From contig CAZGUV010000004.1 of the NCBI GenBank assembly GCA_964528735.1, forward strand, positions 5,427 to 65,364: a DNA stretch of 59,938 nucleotides. Direction: 5' to 3'. Under the pieces are notes generated by a model. The model was not told the origin of the DNA. It ran no database searches and saw only the letters and a list, made by a program, of their open reading frames with translations. Source of the stretch: an uncultured Candidatus Saccharibacteria bacterium (GTDB lineage Bacteria > Patescibacteriota > Minisyncoccia > Phycocordibacterales > UBA2100). The translations under genes were made by a program, and so were the position numbers. This document shows positions 36,294-45,136 of the stretch, piece by piece. How positions within the stretch are numbered: position 1 is the stretch's first letter; every line of letters begins with the position of its first letter.

Positions 36294-37052
36294 TTAGTGG
36301 TGCGAATGTGTGTGCGAGTGGTCGTGATGTTTTGCATGAGCTCGATGACGGAGCGTGACACTGAGCGCCATACCGAATGCGAGTGCAGCTAGCACGAGTG
36401 TCAACATATTTTGCGCATTGTCATCATCATGCTCCTCCGCCTTACCAGGAAATCCATACTCTGTTTTTGCCTTCGGACAACCAAATGAGCCACTGGTATA
36501 CACAACATGTTCATCATCTTCTCCGCTCATGTGCATATCATGACCTTCCATAGCTGTCCCATCTTCCATGGTATGTGTTGCCTCCTGCGCTTTCATCACG
36601 TGCCCTGCTGGATTACATACGAAAATCTCATTCACCTCTACTCCCTCGATGGTCCCATAGAGACGGTAGCCGATAGTCGCTACCGATGTTGGATAAAACA
36701 GCGTCTTGTACTTACCTTCTGCTCCCCATACCTTTGAAAGCTCCATTGCCTGCACCTCTGAGTCGACAAATATTTCTGCCTTGAGTGTCTCTTCGAGCCC
36801 CACGACTGGCGCAGCCATGTCTGGTATCTCGCCCTCTTTTACCTGAGCTTCATATTTTGTGCGTGCACCAATCTTCTGTACCTGCAAATCGAGTCCAGTA
36901 CGGTCATCCACGACGACTGGCTCATTGAGCGAACCGACAACGAAGTAATAGAGCGTGCCATTGAGATCGAGTACGCGCTGTTCGTGTGCATACGCGGTCT
37001 GGGCAGTAAAGAAAGCAAGTAAAATAAGTAAGAAACTGAAATATGTCTTCAT
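36294..37052 (-). CDS. Exported, C-terminally anchored His/Met-rich protein, candidate metal (copper) binding protein
   Basis: The signal peptide ends AYA|HEQR, so the mature protein starts with His. HTMEDGTAMEGHDMHM segment, a C-terminal TM segment, and the tail HRAHAKHHDHSHTHSHH. Confidence 0.5.
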   Translation of the reverse strand: MKTYFSFLLILLAFFTAQTAYAHEQRVLDLNGTLYYFVVGSLNEPVVVDDRTGLDLQVQKIGARTKYEAQVKEGEIPDMAAPVVGLEETLKAEIFVDSEVQAMELSKVWGAEGKYKTLFYPTSVATIGYRLYGTIEGVEVNEIFVCNPAGHVMKAQEATHTMEDGTAMEGHDMHMSGEDDEHVVYTSGSFGCPKAKTEYGFPGKAEEHDDDNAQNMLTLVLAALAFGMALSVTLRHRAHAKHHDHSHTHSHH

Positions 37053-37098
37053 GGGTGTAAGTGTACACCACCCCTGAAATACCTGCTATACTTTCTAC

Positions 37099-37785
37099 AT
37101 GTCTCAAAAAGTCATTTTTGGAATATTAGCAGTAGCAGGAGCAGCGCTTGTTGTCACCTTTTTGTTAAAAGGAAACATGATGACCCCTCCTGGAAGCAGT
37201 CCTGATAACCCTATCGCCCTCCCGACAGGGCCGATGGCAGGAGAGGTTTCTCTTTTAGGCGAAGCTGTGTGCCTCCCACACAAAGGCAATCCAGAAATAG
37301 TCACTATGGAATGTGCGTATGGTTTTAAAGACACTGATGGGAACTATTATGGAATCCGCGATACCAACTCAGATGTGCACTCTATCGCACAACTTGAAAT
37401 GGGTGCATCACTTCGCATCACTGGAACATTCTTCCCACAAGAAGACGAAAAGTATGCGAGTATCGGGATTATTGAGGTAAGAAAAATTGAACGCGCGATG
37501 GAAGTATCAAGTGAGCACACTGTCCTCACCGGAACATTTACCTGCCTCCCCCACAAGGACACGACCGGACCACAGACAGAGGAATGCGCCTTTGGTTTCG
37601 AAACAGATGATCATGTCTTCTATGCTGTGAATTTTGGGGCATCAGCAGAACGCATGGAACAATTCCAGTCGGGCATGCATGGTACACACACGGGAGTCGT
37701 TACACCGATAGAAATGCTCAGCACCAATCACTGGCAAAAGTACGACATTAAAGGAATCTTCACCATTACTGAAACCGGAGAATAA
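37099..37785 (+). CDS. Anchored protein with two tandem copies of a CLPHK...EC-A-[YF]-GF module
   Basis: Repeat 1 is GEAVCLPHKGNPEIVTMECAYGFKDTDGNYYGI. Repeat 2 is GTFTCLPHKDTTGPQTEECAFGFETDDHVFYAV. Confidence 0.55.
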   Translation: MSQKVIFGILAVAGAALVVTFLLKGNMMTPPGSSPDNPIALPTGPMAGEVSLLGEAVCLPHKGNPEIVTMECAYGFKDTDGNYYGIRDTNSDVHSIAQLEMGASLRITGTFFPQEDEKYASIGIIEVRKIERAMEVSSEHTVLTGTFTCLPHKDTTGPQTEECAFGFETDDHVFYAVNFGASAERMEQFQSGMHGTHTGVVTPIEMLSTNHWQKYDIKGIFTITETGE

Positions 37786-37848
37786 GCTCACTACTGCAAC
37801 ACAAATCACGCTCTTGCATGAGCGATTTAACGCGCATATACTTTCTGT

Positions 37849-38157
37849 ATGAAACAGCTTGCCGAACAACACAAAACACTTCTATCAGTCGCTGTTGCGC
37901 TTGCAATCGTTGCAGGTGCCGCATATTTTTACACCGTAGGAGAAGCTCCGGGGCGTGACACCATCGGAGTACCCGAAGCACCACTTATACAAATTGCAGA
38001 CATTTGTCGAGATTCACTTTCAAACACCACACTCCCTGTTGGTGAGACAGAAGACTACCTGAAAGACTGCGAGGCTGGAAAATATCCTCAGGTTATCGAG
38101 GACTATGTGAAAAAAGTGAACGCTCAGGCAGAAGCAGAAGCTCAAGCGAAACCTTAA
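37849..38157 (+). CDS. Hypothetical anchored small protein
   Basis: TM anchor, two Cys, Ala/Glu/Gln-rich tail. Confidence 0.4.
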   Translation: MKQLAEQHKTLLSVAVALAIVAGAAYFYTVGEAPGRDTIGVPEAPLIQIADICRDSLSNTTLPVGETEDYLKDCEAGKYPQVIEDYVKKVNAQAEAEAQAKP

Positions 38158-39557
38158 AGACTGTAGTCTTCCACGAACAGCGCTCCGCTCATTGCCTCGC
38201 GTACCTGCGATGCATCGGTGATGCTGACAATACCTCGCTCAACACGAAGCAAGTGTGATTGTCGCTTGATACCTGCTGCTTCACGAAGATTATCCATCTC
38301 AAGTCGTGTTTTTACTTGCTCTGGTGTATCGGGCTCCTCAAGACATCCTGAGTATTTGAGTGTACGCGTCACACTTTTTTTAGTGACATCGTAGATATAG
38401 AGCTCAGCGCGTGAGCACCCTGCATCACCATAACCACTCGAAAGAATGAGATGCTTCTTTTCTGGAGCATATCCCACTATGCCGGTTGGACCATTGAGTG
38501 TACCTCCTGAAACTACTTTAAATGCACCGTCAGAATCTTTTTTGTACAGTGTTGATTTACAGTTTCCACCATCAAGACACGACATAGACGCAGCACCGAG
38601 CACCCACTCATCTGCTGCATAGCGATAATAGGTAAGTACTTCCCCTGTCGGCAGGAGTGGCTGAGAGTTTGTAGTACTACCTGAAAAGATATTAAACCGA
38701 GAAAGCGTGCCGTTTTTTGTTACACCCTCGATTGTGCCGTCAGCGCGAAAAGTCATTGTCCTTCCCCACTGTGCGGGAGACTGGGTGAGTACCTGCGGCG
38801 CACTGCCGTCATCTGATTTAAAGAAAATATGCGAGACGCCCGATGACACTGCCCCTGGTTGTGTAGTCGCATAGAGATATCCCGATGATTTTTGCGACAA
38901 TGTAGTTGCCTTAAAGTATGGTTTCCATGATTCAGTCAGTGCTTTCATATCAGCGATACATACATCAGGGATGACTGTACCTTCTCGCTCAAAGAGTATG
39001 AGTTGCGGCGCTTTAGTAAATGTCGGTGTGCCATAGAAAATACCGAGTGCATATATCTCTCGAGGAAATCGTTGTGGCTTGTCGAAATCAAACGTGAAAT
39101 CCTCTGGGAGCACTTCCTGCGGTGCGTACCACTGGTTATCAAACTGAATCTCCCCGGCAAAAGTCCGCTCACCAAAACCTGTCTGCGCATAAATATCTTT
39201 ATCAATATCTTGGTCGTAGTACACCAAGTAACAACCCTCCTTTTCATTACTCAGGGCAAATCCTGAAGTATTAAACCCGAGGAGCTGTGGCGCATCTGCG
39301 AGCGAAAGATGTTCCCATCCTTCAGGGAGGGTAAAAGAAATGTTCGCTGGCTCATACGAAAAGTCACGAGTCATCGACGGCAAGACTGGTATATCAGCAT
39401 CTTTGCGTTCTTGGATATTTGAGAATGTATCGTCTTGGTTTTGTGGTGCTTGTACCCTATCAACCATGATACCCTTCCACAAAAACACAACGCACAATGT
39501 TGCAACTGCACCGAGGCCAAGCGCAACTATCGTCAGTACTCTACCTATCATAGACAT
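38154..39557 (-). CDS. Hypothetical anchored exported protein (about 467 aa)
   Basis: Start chosen at MSMIGRVLTIVALGLGAV (TM anchor). No recognised motif. Confidence 0.5.
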   Translation of the reverse strand: MSMIGRVLTIVALGLGAVATLCVVFLWKGIMVDRVQAPQNQDDTFSNIQERKDADIPVLPSMTRDFSYEPANISFTLPEGWEHLSLADAPQLLGFNTSGFALSNEKEGCYLVYYDQDIDKDIYAQTGFGERTFAGEIQFDNQWYAPQEVLPEDFTFDFDKPQRFPREIYALGIFYGTPTFTKAPQLILFEREGTVIPDVCIADMKALTESWKPYFKATTLSQKSSGYLYATTQPGAVSSGVSHIFFKSDDGSAPQVLTQSPAQWGRTMTFRADGTIEGVTKNGTLSRFNIFSGSTTNSQPLLPTGEVLTYYRYAADEWVLGAASMSCLDGGNCKSTLYKKDSDGAFKVVSGGTLNGPTGIVGYAPEKKHLILSSGYGDAGCSRAELYIYDVTKKSVTRTLKYSGCLEEPDTPEQVKTRLEMDNLREAAGIKRQSHLLRVERGIVSITDASQVREAMSGALFVEDYSL

Positions 39558-39626
39558 ATAGTGTATCGCGACTCGTACTGAGGAGCACATGGGCTATCCA
39601 CCCTTCTTTTTGATATACTAGAGGAC

Positions 39627-39878
39627 ATGAAGGGATTTCTTATTTTACTTCTCCTTGGGTTAATTGTTTTCGCTGGAGTATTTTTTGTACACTACGCACC
39701 TGTGTGCACTATTGAGTATTCATGCGCCGTCACACGCGATATCCGCGGTCAGGTTATTTCTTCCGAGTGCCCACCAACAGTGCGTGACTACCAGAATAAA
39801 TATCAAGCGTACGCACTCAAGGCAACTATTATCCACAACGGTTCGTGCACAAATGCAGACCGTGAACGTCGCAAGTAA
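39627..39878 (+). CDS. Small exported Cys-rich protein with a Kazal-like module
   Basis: Signal/anchor, then PVCTIEYSC...SSEC...YQNKYQAYALKATIIHNGSC. It parallels the C-terminus of the next gene. Confidence 0.5.
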   Translation: MKGFLILLLLGLIVFAGVFFVHYAPVCTIEYSCAVTRDIRGQVISSECPPTVRDYQNKYQAYALKATIIHNGSCTNADRERRK

Positions 39879-39907
39879 TACCCCGCTCTCATAACCGTTA
39901 TTACAGT

Positions 39908-40603
39908 ATGTCTACACATCTAAAAGTAATCGCCTGTATCACACTCACCTGTGCACTCACCCTCTCTGCAGAAGCCGCGTGTGTCTACCCTCAGAAAAAC
40001 CTCCGCCAAGGTGCTCGCGATACCGCACGTGATACATCAGTTGCGATGCTCCAGCAATTTTTAAACGGTCGCTACCCGGGAACCATCGTCAACGGCTATT
40101 TCGGACCCAAGACGCGCACCACGGTCATGCGCTTCCAAAAGGACTATAAACTCCCCCAAACCGGCACCGTCGGACCTCAAACACGGACAAAAATGCAGCA
40201 GCTCTGTGGTAATGCACAGTCAAATGAAGCGCTCAACGAGCTCGACACAGGACCAAGTTGCAAGGTCCTCTACGATGGATGCAATGTGTGCACTCGCGAT
40301 GAAGTTGGTGGTGTTTTACGATGCACCATGCGTGCGTGTGCCGAATCAAAACTTGCAGACACCACATGTAAATCATTTTTTAATGGGACCCACTCAGTGA
40401 ATGTGCCCGCGGTGGATACAAAGGAGACTGTCTGCGCTATGGAGCATAAACCTGTGTGTGGTACACCATACCGATGCCTCACCGATGAGAACCTAAAAGA
40501 CTCAATGCCTCGAGAATGTACGCATGGCAGTACATTCAAAAATAAATGTGTACTCGACGCTGAGAAAGCACTCTTCCTCCACGACGGCTCGTGCGCTCAG
40601 TAG
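39908..40603 (+). CDS. Exported protein: peptidoglycan-binding (PG_binding_1) domain, Cys-rich module and Kazal-like module
   Basis: MLQQFLN..YFGPKTRTTVMRFQKDYKLPQTGTVGPQT (PGB1). CKVLYDGCNVCTRDEVGGVLRCTMRAC. KPVCGT...GSTFKNKCVLDAEKALFLHDGSC. Confidence 0.65.
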   Translation: MSTHLKVIACITLTCALTLSAEAACVYPQKNLRQGARDTARDTSVAMLQQFLNGRYPGTIVNGYFGPKTRTTVMRFQKDYKLPQTGTVGPQTRTKMQQLCGNAQSNEALNELDTGPSCKVLYDGCNVCTRDEVGGVLRCTMRACAESKLADTTCKSFFNGTHSVNVPAVDTKETVCAMEHKPVCGTPYRCLTDENLKDSMPRECTHGSTFKNKCVLDAEKALFLHDGSCAQ

Positions 40604-40654
40604 TTATATCTCTCTGGGCTTTATTTTTAGCACTTTTTCCCGCATGATGTTGTC

Positions 40655-41809
40655 ATGGAACCCTTGGACGAGGCACCGATCCCACAACGTGAGGCATCTC
40701 TTCCGTTTGGGTTACGTGTATTTATAGTCTTTGCCTCAGCCCTCTGTGGCGGTGCAGGCTTTGCACTCACCTTGTGGGCACTCCCAACTGTTGCACCGAA
40801 GAGTATTGTGAGCACCGTCGTGCATGACACACAAGAGGCTGTATCGACTATCCTAGACACAAGTCACAACCCCTGCACCCCACGCACATTCGAATCTGAA
40901 AAGCCTTGTGAAGAAGACAGCGACGGAGAAACAGACCACCCTGGTGGACTAGAAAAAAAGAAAGAAGGTCTAGTAGATAGCACGACTCGCAACGACGTGC
41001 GCGTGCCTGTAGTGACCGATGAGGGTAAAATTGTGCTCGATTCTGGAAAGACAATGCTTGTTGAGAAAGCAGAATTACCTGTACAAAAGCCTGTCGAAAA
41101 ACCTGCTGCAAAACCAAAGGTTCAGCCACAGCAGAAACCTGCACAGCAACCAGTCAAAACACAAGAAGTACCGAAACAGCAAGCGACTCAACCAACACCT
41201 CAACCTATTACTGTACAAGAGACTGTAGTGCATGCCCCCGTACAGCAATGCACGCGTATGCAATCATACTTGCCTGCTAGTTCGCTGCCGATGAATCCAA
41301 ATGGTCCTGCATTTCAACTCACGATTGACGACGCAAAGTACTACACAGTCTTTGGTCGAAGCGCACAAGAAATCCGAAGACAGATGGCGCAATGCTCACC
41401 GATTGAAGGAGGGTTTGATGCGGTTACCCACTGGTGGTACCGCTATGCATATAGCTACTACCAAAACGATAGTGGATTGTGCGAAGTACGTGACGTAACT
41501 CTTGTTCTTCACATCACCTTTCTCTTTCCATATTGGAAAGATGAAGGCCTCAACCAGCAACTCACCGCACACTGGAATCGTTACTTCACAAGCCTCACCA
41601 CTCATGAAAACGGGCACCGCGATATTACGCTGCGATATGCCCAACAGGCGCTTTCTGCGATACAGGCATTCCCCCCTTCTTCATGTGTAAATATTGTTCA
41701 AACCGTAAACGCGTACGCCGATGCGCAACTCGATGTCATACAACAAAAAAATAGCGCCTACGATGCAGAGACAGGACATGGAGAAACACAGGGTGCAGTC
41801 TTCCCATAA
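40655..41809 (+). CDS. Anchored protein with a Pro/Gln/Lys-rich linker and a C-terminal DUF922-like putative Zn-metallopeptidase domain
   Basis: TM anchor, the KPVEKPAAKPKVQPQQKPAQQP linker, and a C-terminal domain with HENGH (HExxH). Confidence 0.55.
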   Translation: MEPLDEAPIPQREASLPFGLRVFIVFASALCGGAGFALTLWALPTVAPKSIVSTVVHDTQEAVSTILDTSHNPCTPRTFESEKPCEEDSDGETDHPGGLEKKKEGLVDSTTRNDVRVPVVTDEGKIVLDSGKTMLVEKAELPVQKPVEKPAAKPKVQPQQKPAQQPVKTQEVPKQQATQPTPQPITVQETVVHAPVQQCTRMQSYLPASSLPMNPNGPAFQLTIDDAKYYTVFGRSAQEIRRQMAQCSPIEGGFDAVTHWWYRYAYSYYQNDSGLCEVRDVTLVLHITFLFPYWKDEGLNQQLTAHWNRYFTSLTTHENGHRDITLRYAQQALSAIQAFPPSSCVNIVQTVNAYADAQLDVIQQKNSAYDAETGHGETQGAVFP

Positions 41810-41837
41810 AAAAAGACCCTTGTGAGGGTCTTTTTTT
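41808..41837. terminator. Bidirectional rho-independent terminator between convergent genes
   Basis: aaaaaaagaccct-tgtg-agggtcttttttt. Confidence 0.75.
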
Positions 41838-41849
41838 ATAGATGTAGAG

Positions 41850-42485
41850 TTATGAACTTGCCTCTTTCTTGATGAGCTCGATTGCCGCGTTGAAACCCTT
41901 TGGAGTCAGTGAAGAACCCGACACTACTGTGAGTTTCACATCATCGATTGATTTACCGATGACGAGCGCTTTGTGATTTTTAGAAAAGCCATTCATGAAG
42001 TTTTGAGACACTGATTCTTTTGATTGTCCTGTGACAACTGAATCAACAATCTTTCCATCCTTGAGTGTAATCTTTACTGAAATCTGCTCAGGACCAGCCG
42101 GTGAGCGATAATCACCAATGGTGGTGTATGTACCGTCCTTATATCCTGATGACTGTGGTGTAGCGCCACTTGAGCCCGGCATAATCGGAGCTGCTGGCAT
42201 TGGAGCAGTGCCTCCCTCTGGAGTTGGTACTGCTGGTAACACACCAGGAGGTGTATCGAGTATCATGTCGCCCTCGAGCGTACCGTCTTCCATGACCGCT
42301 CCGTCAATCTGCATCATTGCGCCATCCTGTGGAAGTGGTTCTCCTTGAGCTGCATCTACTGGTGCATTTTCTGTTGCCTGATTTGCGTCCTTATTTGTAA
42401 AGAGGAACATTAAGAGTGCTCCTACTATTACAAGTCCTCCCGCGATAAGAGCAATTGTTTTTGATGTGTGTGTATTTTGATCCAT
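41850..42485 (-). CDS. Anchored FMN-binding-domain-like protein
   Basis: TM anchor, low-complexity linker, then YKDGTYTTIGDYRSPAGPEQISVKITLKDGKIVD...SGSSLTPKGFNAAIE, which resembles FMN_bind domains. Confidence 0.55.
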   Translation of the reverse strand: MDQNTHTSKTIALIAGGLVIVGALLMFLFTNKDANQATENAPVDAAQGEPLPQDGAMMQIDGAVMEDGTLEGDMILDTPPGVLPAVPTPEGGTAPMPAAPIMPGSSGATPQSSGYKDGTYTTIGDYRSPAGPEQISVKITLKDGKIVDSVVTGQSKESVSQNFMNGFSKNHKALVIGKSIDDVKLTVVSGSSLTPKGFNAAIELIKKEASS

Positions 42486-42591
42486 ATCTCTGCTTAACTA
42501 CTACGTAATGGGAGTATCATACCAAGCACCTGCGATGGTGCAAGGTGGATAACGAGTCAGATGACCTTTTCTTTCGTTTGCGGTATGATGC

Positions 42592-43302
42592 ATGACTATG
42601 GAAATGAAGCATATTGCAATAATTATTGGAATCGTCGCTTTCGTCGGCTCGGCGCTGTATTTTACACGCCCTGAAGTTACTCCAAATCCTCCCCCAGTTG
42701 GAGGCGCACCCTCAGGAGGTGTACAAGAAGGATATAGTACGGAGCAGGAGTCAGTACCACGCGTCGAAGAGCCACCGCAGCAAAAAGAAGTTACCAAACC
42801 ATCAACAACAACTAATCAAAAAAATATGAAAGCAACTATTCGTACAAACAAAGGAGCTATTACTATCGAACTAAACTCTACTGACGCTCCAAACACTGTC
42901 GCAAATTTTGTAAAGTTGGCAAAGGATGGATTTTACGATGGAGTGAAATTCCACCGTGTTATCGCAGGCTTTATGATTCAAGGTGGCGACCCACTCACCA
43001 AGGATGATTCGAAGATGGCTCTCTGGGGCACCGGAGGTCCTGGATATAAGTTTGCAGATGAAATTCACACAAACAACAAGAACAACGCAGGCACGATCTC
43101 AATGGCAAATGCGGGTCCAAACACAAACGGAAGTCAGTTCTTTATCAACGTGAACAACAACAACTTCCTCGATCCGAAGCACACTGTCTTTGGTACCGTT
43201 ATCGAAGGATTGGACGTTGTGAAGGCAATCGAAGGAGTTGAGACTGGAGCGCAAGACAGACCAGTATCTCCTGTGGTTATCGAGAGCATCTCAGTTCAGT
43301 AG
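42592..43302 (+). CDS. Anchored cyclophilin-type peptidyl-prolyl cis-trans isomerase
   Basis: FYDGVKFHRVIAGFMIQGGDP, SMANAGPNTNGSQFFI. Confidence 0.92.
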   Translation: MTMEMKHIAIIIGIVAFVGSALYFTRPEVTPNPPPVGGAPSGGVQEGYSTEQESVPRVEEPPQQKEVTKPSTTTNQKNMKATIRTNKGAITIELNSTDAPNTVANFVKLAKDGFYDGVKFHRVIAGFMIQGGDPLTKDDSKMALWGTGGPGYKFADEIHTNNKNNAGTISMANAGPNTNGSQFFINVNNNNFLDPKHTVFGTVIEGLDVVKAIEGVETGAQDRPVSPVVIESISVQ

Positions 43303-43303
43303 A

Positions 43304-43876
43304 ATGCATATACACGACGCACGTTTTGTAAAAGGACTCACGGGCGATGACGGCGTGCTTCGTGATGGTCGCCCCCATATCGCATTTATCGGGCGTTCAA
43401 ATGTCGGCAAGTCATCTCTCATCAACGCAATCCTTGGACGTCGCGACCTGGTAAAAACGGGAAAGAAACCTGGAAAGACTACTGAGATAAACTTCTTTCT
43501 CATCAACGACAGTTGGTACTGTGTAGACTTGCCAGGATATGGCTACGCAGAAGGAACACCAGAAAAGCGCTCACAGATTCGAGATATGATTCTTTGGTAT
43601 CTCGGTGAAGGACGCCCTGAACAGACGACCGTCGCGCTGGTCATAGATATGAAAGTCGGACTCACTGCCTTTGACGAAGAAGCGCTTTCTGTACTCCGCG
43701 CAGAAGGACTCACCTACTACCTTGTCGCGAACAAGGTTGACGCACTCAACCAAAAAGAACGTGACGCACAGATCAAAAAGATACGCGAACAATCCCACGA
43801 ACACGATATCATTACCGTATCTGCGGAGAAGCGCACGGGGGTACAGGAACTCTTGGCAACATTGTGCAGTGCTTAA
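43304..43876 (+). CDS. engB: Ribosome biogenesis GTPase EngB/YsxC/YihA
   Basis: G1 GRSNVGKSS, G3 DLPGYGY, G4 NKVD. The ATG at 43304 sits directly after the PPIase stop. Confidence 0.88.
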   Translation: MHIHDARFVKGLTGDDGVLRDGRPHIAFIGRSNVGKSSLINAILGRRDLVKTGKKPGKTTEINFFLINDSWYCVDLPGYGYAEGTPEKRSQIRDMILWYLGEGRPEQTTVALVIDMKVGLTAFDEEALSVLRAEGLTYYLVANKVDALNQKERDAQIKKIREQSHEHDIITVSAEKRTGVQELLATLCSA

Positions 43877-43895
43877 AATACGGTAAGCTTCCTGT

Positions 43896-44408
43896 ATGAA
43901 AATTATCCTTTTTCGTGGACGACCAGGCGTAGGTAAGACTACCCTCTCGAGTGTCATCTCAAAGCGACACAATATACCGGTGCTACGCAAAGACGATATT
44001 TACCATGTGAGTGCAAAACAGATTGAAACTCACGAGAATCGCAATGACATCTCATACGAGACCATCTACAAAATCCTTGAAGCAAACGTTGAGACCGACT
44101 GTACTTTTATACTCGATTGCCCGTTTCAGTACCCTGGCGACCTTGAGCTCATAAAGACATGGTCTACAACCTATAACGTTCGACTCCTCTCTATTCTGGT
44201 CACTTGCAGTGATGAGGTGGAGTGGGCAAAACGTATTGCAGAGCGTGATGAACGACCATTTAGCATCCACCACTTTACCGACTTCGAACGACTGAAAGAT
44301 TTCTACGGGATTATGCATCTCACACCAGAGTCTGGTGAGCTGCTGATCGATACAGTACATCCGATAGAAACATCGATTGAAAAGATTGAGCATTTCATTA
44401 CGCATTAA
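43896..44408 (+). CDS. P-loop NTPase/kinase-like protein (AAA_33-like)
   Basis: Walker A GRPGVGKTT at the N-terminus. 170 aa. Confidence 0.55.
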   Translation: MKIILFRGRPGVGKTTLSSVISKRHNIPVLRKDDIYHVSAKQIETHENRNDISYETIYKILEANVETDCTFILDCPFQYPGDLELIKTWSTTYNVRLLSILVTCSDEVEWAKRIAERDERPFSIHHFTDFERLKDFYGIMHLTPESGELLIDTVHPIETSIEKIEHFITH

Positions 44409-44434
44409 AAATCGCCCCGAAGGGCGATTTTTTC
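44407..44434. terminator. Bidirectional rho-independent terminator
   Basis: aaaaatcgccc-cgaa-gggcgatttttt between convergent genes. Confidence 0.75.
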
Positions 44435-45094
44435 TTACTGTGTTGCACCTGCCGACTTTGCATCAGTCAACAATTTTGAAAATTCCTCCAAAGAACGTGG
44501 AGTATCAAGTGGCGCACCATTCAAGAAGAATGTAGGTGTGCCTCGTACGCCAACGGTGACCCCTGTTGTGACACTACTCTGTACGCGCTCGGCGACTGCA
44601 TCACTTGTACGCGCACTCTCCCATGCTGACATGTTGAGGCCGATTTGCTCTGCGTATTTCACAAACAATGAAGCGTCAGCGCTGTCCTTTCCTCCCCACT
44701 CATCTTGGTTGTCAAAGATGATATTTTTCATCTCCGCAAATTTACCTTGTTGAGCGGCTGCCTCAGCTGCAAGCGCTGCATTCATCGCATTGAGGTGACC
44801 TGAGAGCGGGAAATATCGATAGACAAATTGAACATCAGGATGCTGTTTCTCAAGCTCTTTCAGGATTGGATAATACGAACCACATGGTGGGCATTCAAAA
44901 TCGTAATACTCAATGACTGTAACTTTTGCATCTTTTGGACCGACAGTGTGATCATTTGCCTGTACCGCAAGCAGTGCCGCCTGATCAGCAGTGAGCTGTT
45001 CTGGTGCAGTACTCGGTCGTGTCATTGCGTAGAGTCCTCCAAACAAGACAACACATGCGACAATAATACCGATAATTGAAATATTTTTTTCCAT
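44435..45094 (-). CDS. Anchored DsbA-family thiol:disulfide oxidoreductase
   Basis: TM anchor, the YYDFECPPCGSYYP active site (CPPC), and GTPTFFLNG near the C-terminus. Confidence 0.8.
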   Translation of the reverse strand: MEKNISIIGIIVACVVLFGGLYAMTRPSTAPEQLTADQAALLAVQANDHTVGPKDAKVTVIEYYDFECPPCGSYYPILKELEKQHPDVQFVYRYFPLSGHLNAMNAALAAEAAAQQGKFAEMKNIIFDNQDEWGGKDSADASLFVKYAEQIGLNMSAWESARTSDAVAERVQSSVTTGVTVGVRGTPTFFLNGAPLDTPRSLEEFSKLLTDAKSAGATQ

Positions 45095-45136
45095 GTCGGT
45101 AGTATACCCTTTTTGTAACTGTAAGGAAAAGGGACG

